From assembly GCA_000934665.2 (NCBI GenBank), contig KZ539045.1:1-35410 (forward strand): DNA of 35,410 bases, written 5' to 3'. Below the pieces are notes generated by a model, which made no database searches, was not told the origin of the DNA, and saw only the letters and a list, made by a program, of their open reading frames with translations. Positions within the stretch are counted from its first letter, which is position 1. Every line of letters starts with the position of its first letter. This document shows positions 32,880-35,410 of the stretch, piece by piece. This DNA is from Catajapyx aquilonaris. Its lineage: Eukaryota. Both the position numbers and the translations under genes were made by a program.

Positions 32880-35084
32880 CCCCCCCCCCCCCGCAGCTCG
32901 CATGACGCGCCCCCAGGAGACGCGCTCCACGCACCGGTGATCACTCATCTATACTTCATTTCACCCCACCCACTCTCCCACCCTCAGCACCACCTTATGA
33001 AATATGTGATGAATTCATGGCCACGACAAGGATGACTGCTGGCAGGATTCGAGGAAAAACATCTCTCTTTGCTCGTGGCGACCCTTCAAACTCTCAGGGG
33101 GTAGGACTCATTTTTCACCCTCCATGAACACGCGAAATAAAGTAATTTGCAGGGGACATTTAGTTAACGTTTTCTTTTCATTCTAGCCCCCCCCCCCTCT
33201 CTTTTNCCCCCCCCCCTCTTTTTCCTCCCCCGACTTTATAAATCCCGACGGCGAAGAAAAACGAGTGGGTTTACGAGCACGCGGGGGGGTCGCCATGTCC
33301 CACCAAAAATTTTATCCCCAACATGCGCTTTCTGAAGACATCTTTCCAAACAGAGCCTGATGTGATCTCTACATTATTCGGAGGAGCAGTGAGTCGGAAT
33401 ACCTATTTTAGAGCTCCCATGGCCGTCTAGGCAGAAAAACAAATTCTGATAAGGCCAAGGCGCCAGAGAGAAATAGAAAGAGGGGGACTTCTGGAAGAGA
33501 AAGAGGCGAAAAGGATGCAGAAAGTTTCCTCCTAATCAGACAAAGGTAGAAAAGTCAACTTGGGCTTTTGGAAATTACGTTGACGAAGCCTTTAGCTGTG
33601 GAACAATGCAAGCCACTGAATCACTATATAGAACTGCCTATACTACTACTTCACTACTCTCCGGAACTATACTATAGAATCTGCGCAGGTGGATACCATT
33701 GTATACACGGAAAAAGTCATCTGGAACTTCCGGGGAGATGCCGTGCAACGACATACCCGGTCGGTGCTTCCTTTGACAGATGGGCCATTGTTCTCAATGC
33801 TGGGACCATCAAATGGTGAATCCACTGAATGTGTTCGGGGAGCTCCTTGGATGTCATTCTCTAAGAAACTTTCAGAAGAGTTTTCGATTCACAATGGCGT
33901 CCTTGTTCCACACTTTCAAAGCGTCGCATATTTTAGAATCATTCCGTAGTCTCCTAGAGAGCCAAACACCGCCATGTGAAACTTTATATTGAAGAGCGGT
34001 CCTTTTCAGGTGCGCATATATCAAAAGTACTGAGACTATACTGAAACAAAATAACACCTCTACATACAATGGTCTTCAGCTGATCAGGAATCAGTCCTAT
34101 ATAAGTCCTTATGACACACCCTGCGTGATGTTTCCTGTGCCTTATGTGTGCTAATCCTACGTAAATCTGGATAATTTGCTAAATATTAGCTAAATTAATT
34201 ACATTCTTAAGCCAGTTTATTTATCAAGGATAATGCTAAAAAAAAGTCGACCTGTATTGTAATAGCAAACACACTTTCAGAAAATAGGAGCAAAACGTGT
34301 AACCTCTACCCGCGTTACTTGTTACTTATTCACACAGTATAATGTAGACCTATCCTCATTTACTCCACAATATCAGCCTAGGGAATGCACGAGAAAAATA
34401 CACCGCCAAGCAAAACAAGGTATAAAATTCTGAGCTGCTGCTTTTCTTCTAAATTATGCAGGGCATTTTTTGTGGAAAAAAAATCAATTTTGAACCTCCA
34501 CCGCAGGTTCCATAAATATTTCAAAGCAGGAGGCGTTGACTGCCACATGCAATATTTATGCCCACATCGTCAGACCTATTACTACATGTAGCACTTAAGG
34601 CTCAGTTTACTTCACTCAAAATGAACCCCTGCGCAAATGAGCTATTCAAAATAGCCGGTAACCACATGTCTGTGTTTTTGCCGTCATTTGAGTCGGAAAG
34701 CGGCACTCCATCGGCCACGCAAACGAGGAGCATAAATCTGAGCACAATGCAAGCTCCAGCCTTGGAAATCGGTGCCAGTTTAGAGTGCACGCTGCGGTAT
34801 TAAAACCGCCTATAGTTCAGGCCCCTAGGTGTACCTCCTCTTTCGATTGAACCCTGGTCCAATTGCCCATAGCCGGGCCTTGTAGGCCTTATAAGGTCTC
34901 GTCCCAATTTTCACACAATCAACAAGCAACATTCAGAAACTGAGGGGCCCCATAAAGCTCCAATAACCATTCGTTTATCACTGGGACTAGCAGTTTATCA
35001 CCCAGTAGGGGCAGGGCACTAAAAGTGGCCTACGGTGGAGAAAGCTAGACAAAGGCCAATTGTACGACAAACTTCTGTTGCTGT

Positions 35085-35405
35085 CCCTTACCGAAATTTT
35101 CTCTACCTCGCGGCGAGGTCGTCAGACGAGCTTATGGCCACCCAACCGCATACTAGCGGTTGTTTCATTTCGCTATGTCGCGGGCGAAGTCGCGGCGAGG
35201 TGGCGGTCGGCGAGGTGGTCGCAAGGTGGCGGTGGCGAGGTGGTCGCGAGGTGGCCACCTCGCGACCACCTCGCCAGCCGAGGTAGTCGCGAGGTACCCA
35301 CCTCGCGACCACCTTGCCTTGCCAGCCGAGGTATTCGCGAGGTACCCACCACGCGACCACCTCGCCACTATATTGATATTATATATAAATTAATTTCGGT
35401 AAGGG
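35085..35405. mobile_element. MITE with 14-bp CCC-initiated TIRs and GC-rich internal palindromic repeats (CACTA/EnSpm-like)
   Basis: TIR CCCTTACCGAAATT (35085-35098) and AATTTCGGTAAGGG (35392-35405). The interior is built of CGAGGTGGTCG / CGACCACCTCG motifs in both orientations, including a perfect 44-bp palindrome at 35233-35276. TSD not clean (GT vs GA). Confidence 0.7.
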
Positions 35406-35410
35406 GACCT

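Noticed and set aside
33187..33222. Tandem poly-C/CTCTTTT duplication
   Set aside because: It straddles an N, so it is probably an assembly artefact at a homopolymer.
35035..35393. Arg/Ala-rich repetitive ORFs on both strands
   Set aside because: They are translations of the GC-rich palindromic MITE interior.

Overview
AT-rich eukaryotic genomic DNA, most likely from an arthropod. There is no prokaryotic gene organisation and no CRISPR array. The only confidently identifiable gene is a single-exon, 622-aa divergent Ionotropic Receptor (IR, iGluR superfamily chemoreceptor) on the minus strand at 14431-16299. The rest is intronic or intergenic and rich in short non-autonomous mobile elements. 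These include two complete tRNA-derived SINEs with target-site duplications, which share a head and core but have different 3' tails, plus a third partial copy. There are also Tc1/mariner-like, piggyBac-like, hAT-like and CACTA/EnSpm-like MITEs, two long fold-back inverted repeats, a pair of adjacent near-spacerless palindromes, and (TAT/TAA)n microsatellites. A series of short exon-like segments with good splice signals on the minus strand (about 280-11300) may belong to an unidentified spliced gene, but this is low confidence. I found no convincing new multi-gene system; the most interesting points are the IR's unusual ligand and gate residues, the modular SINEs and the palindromic elements.
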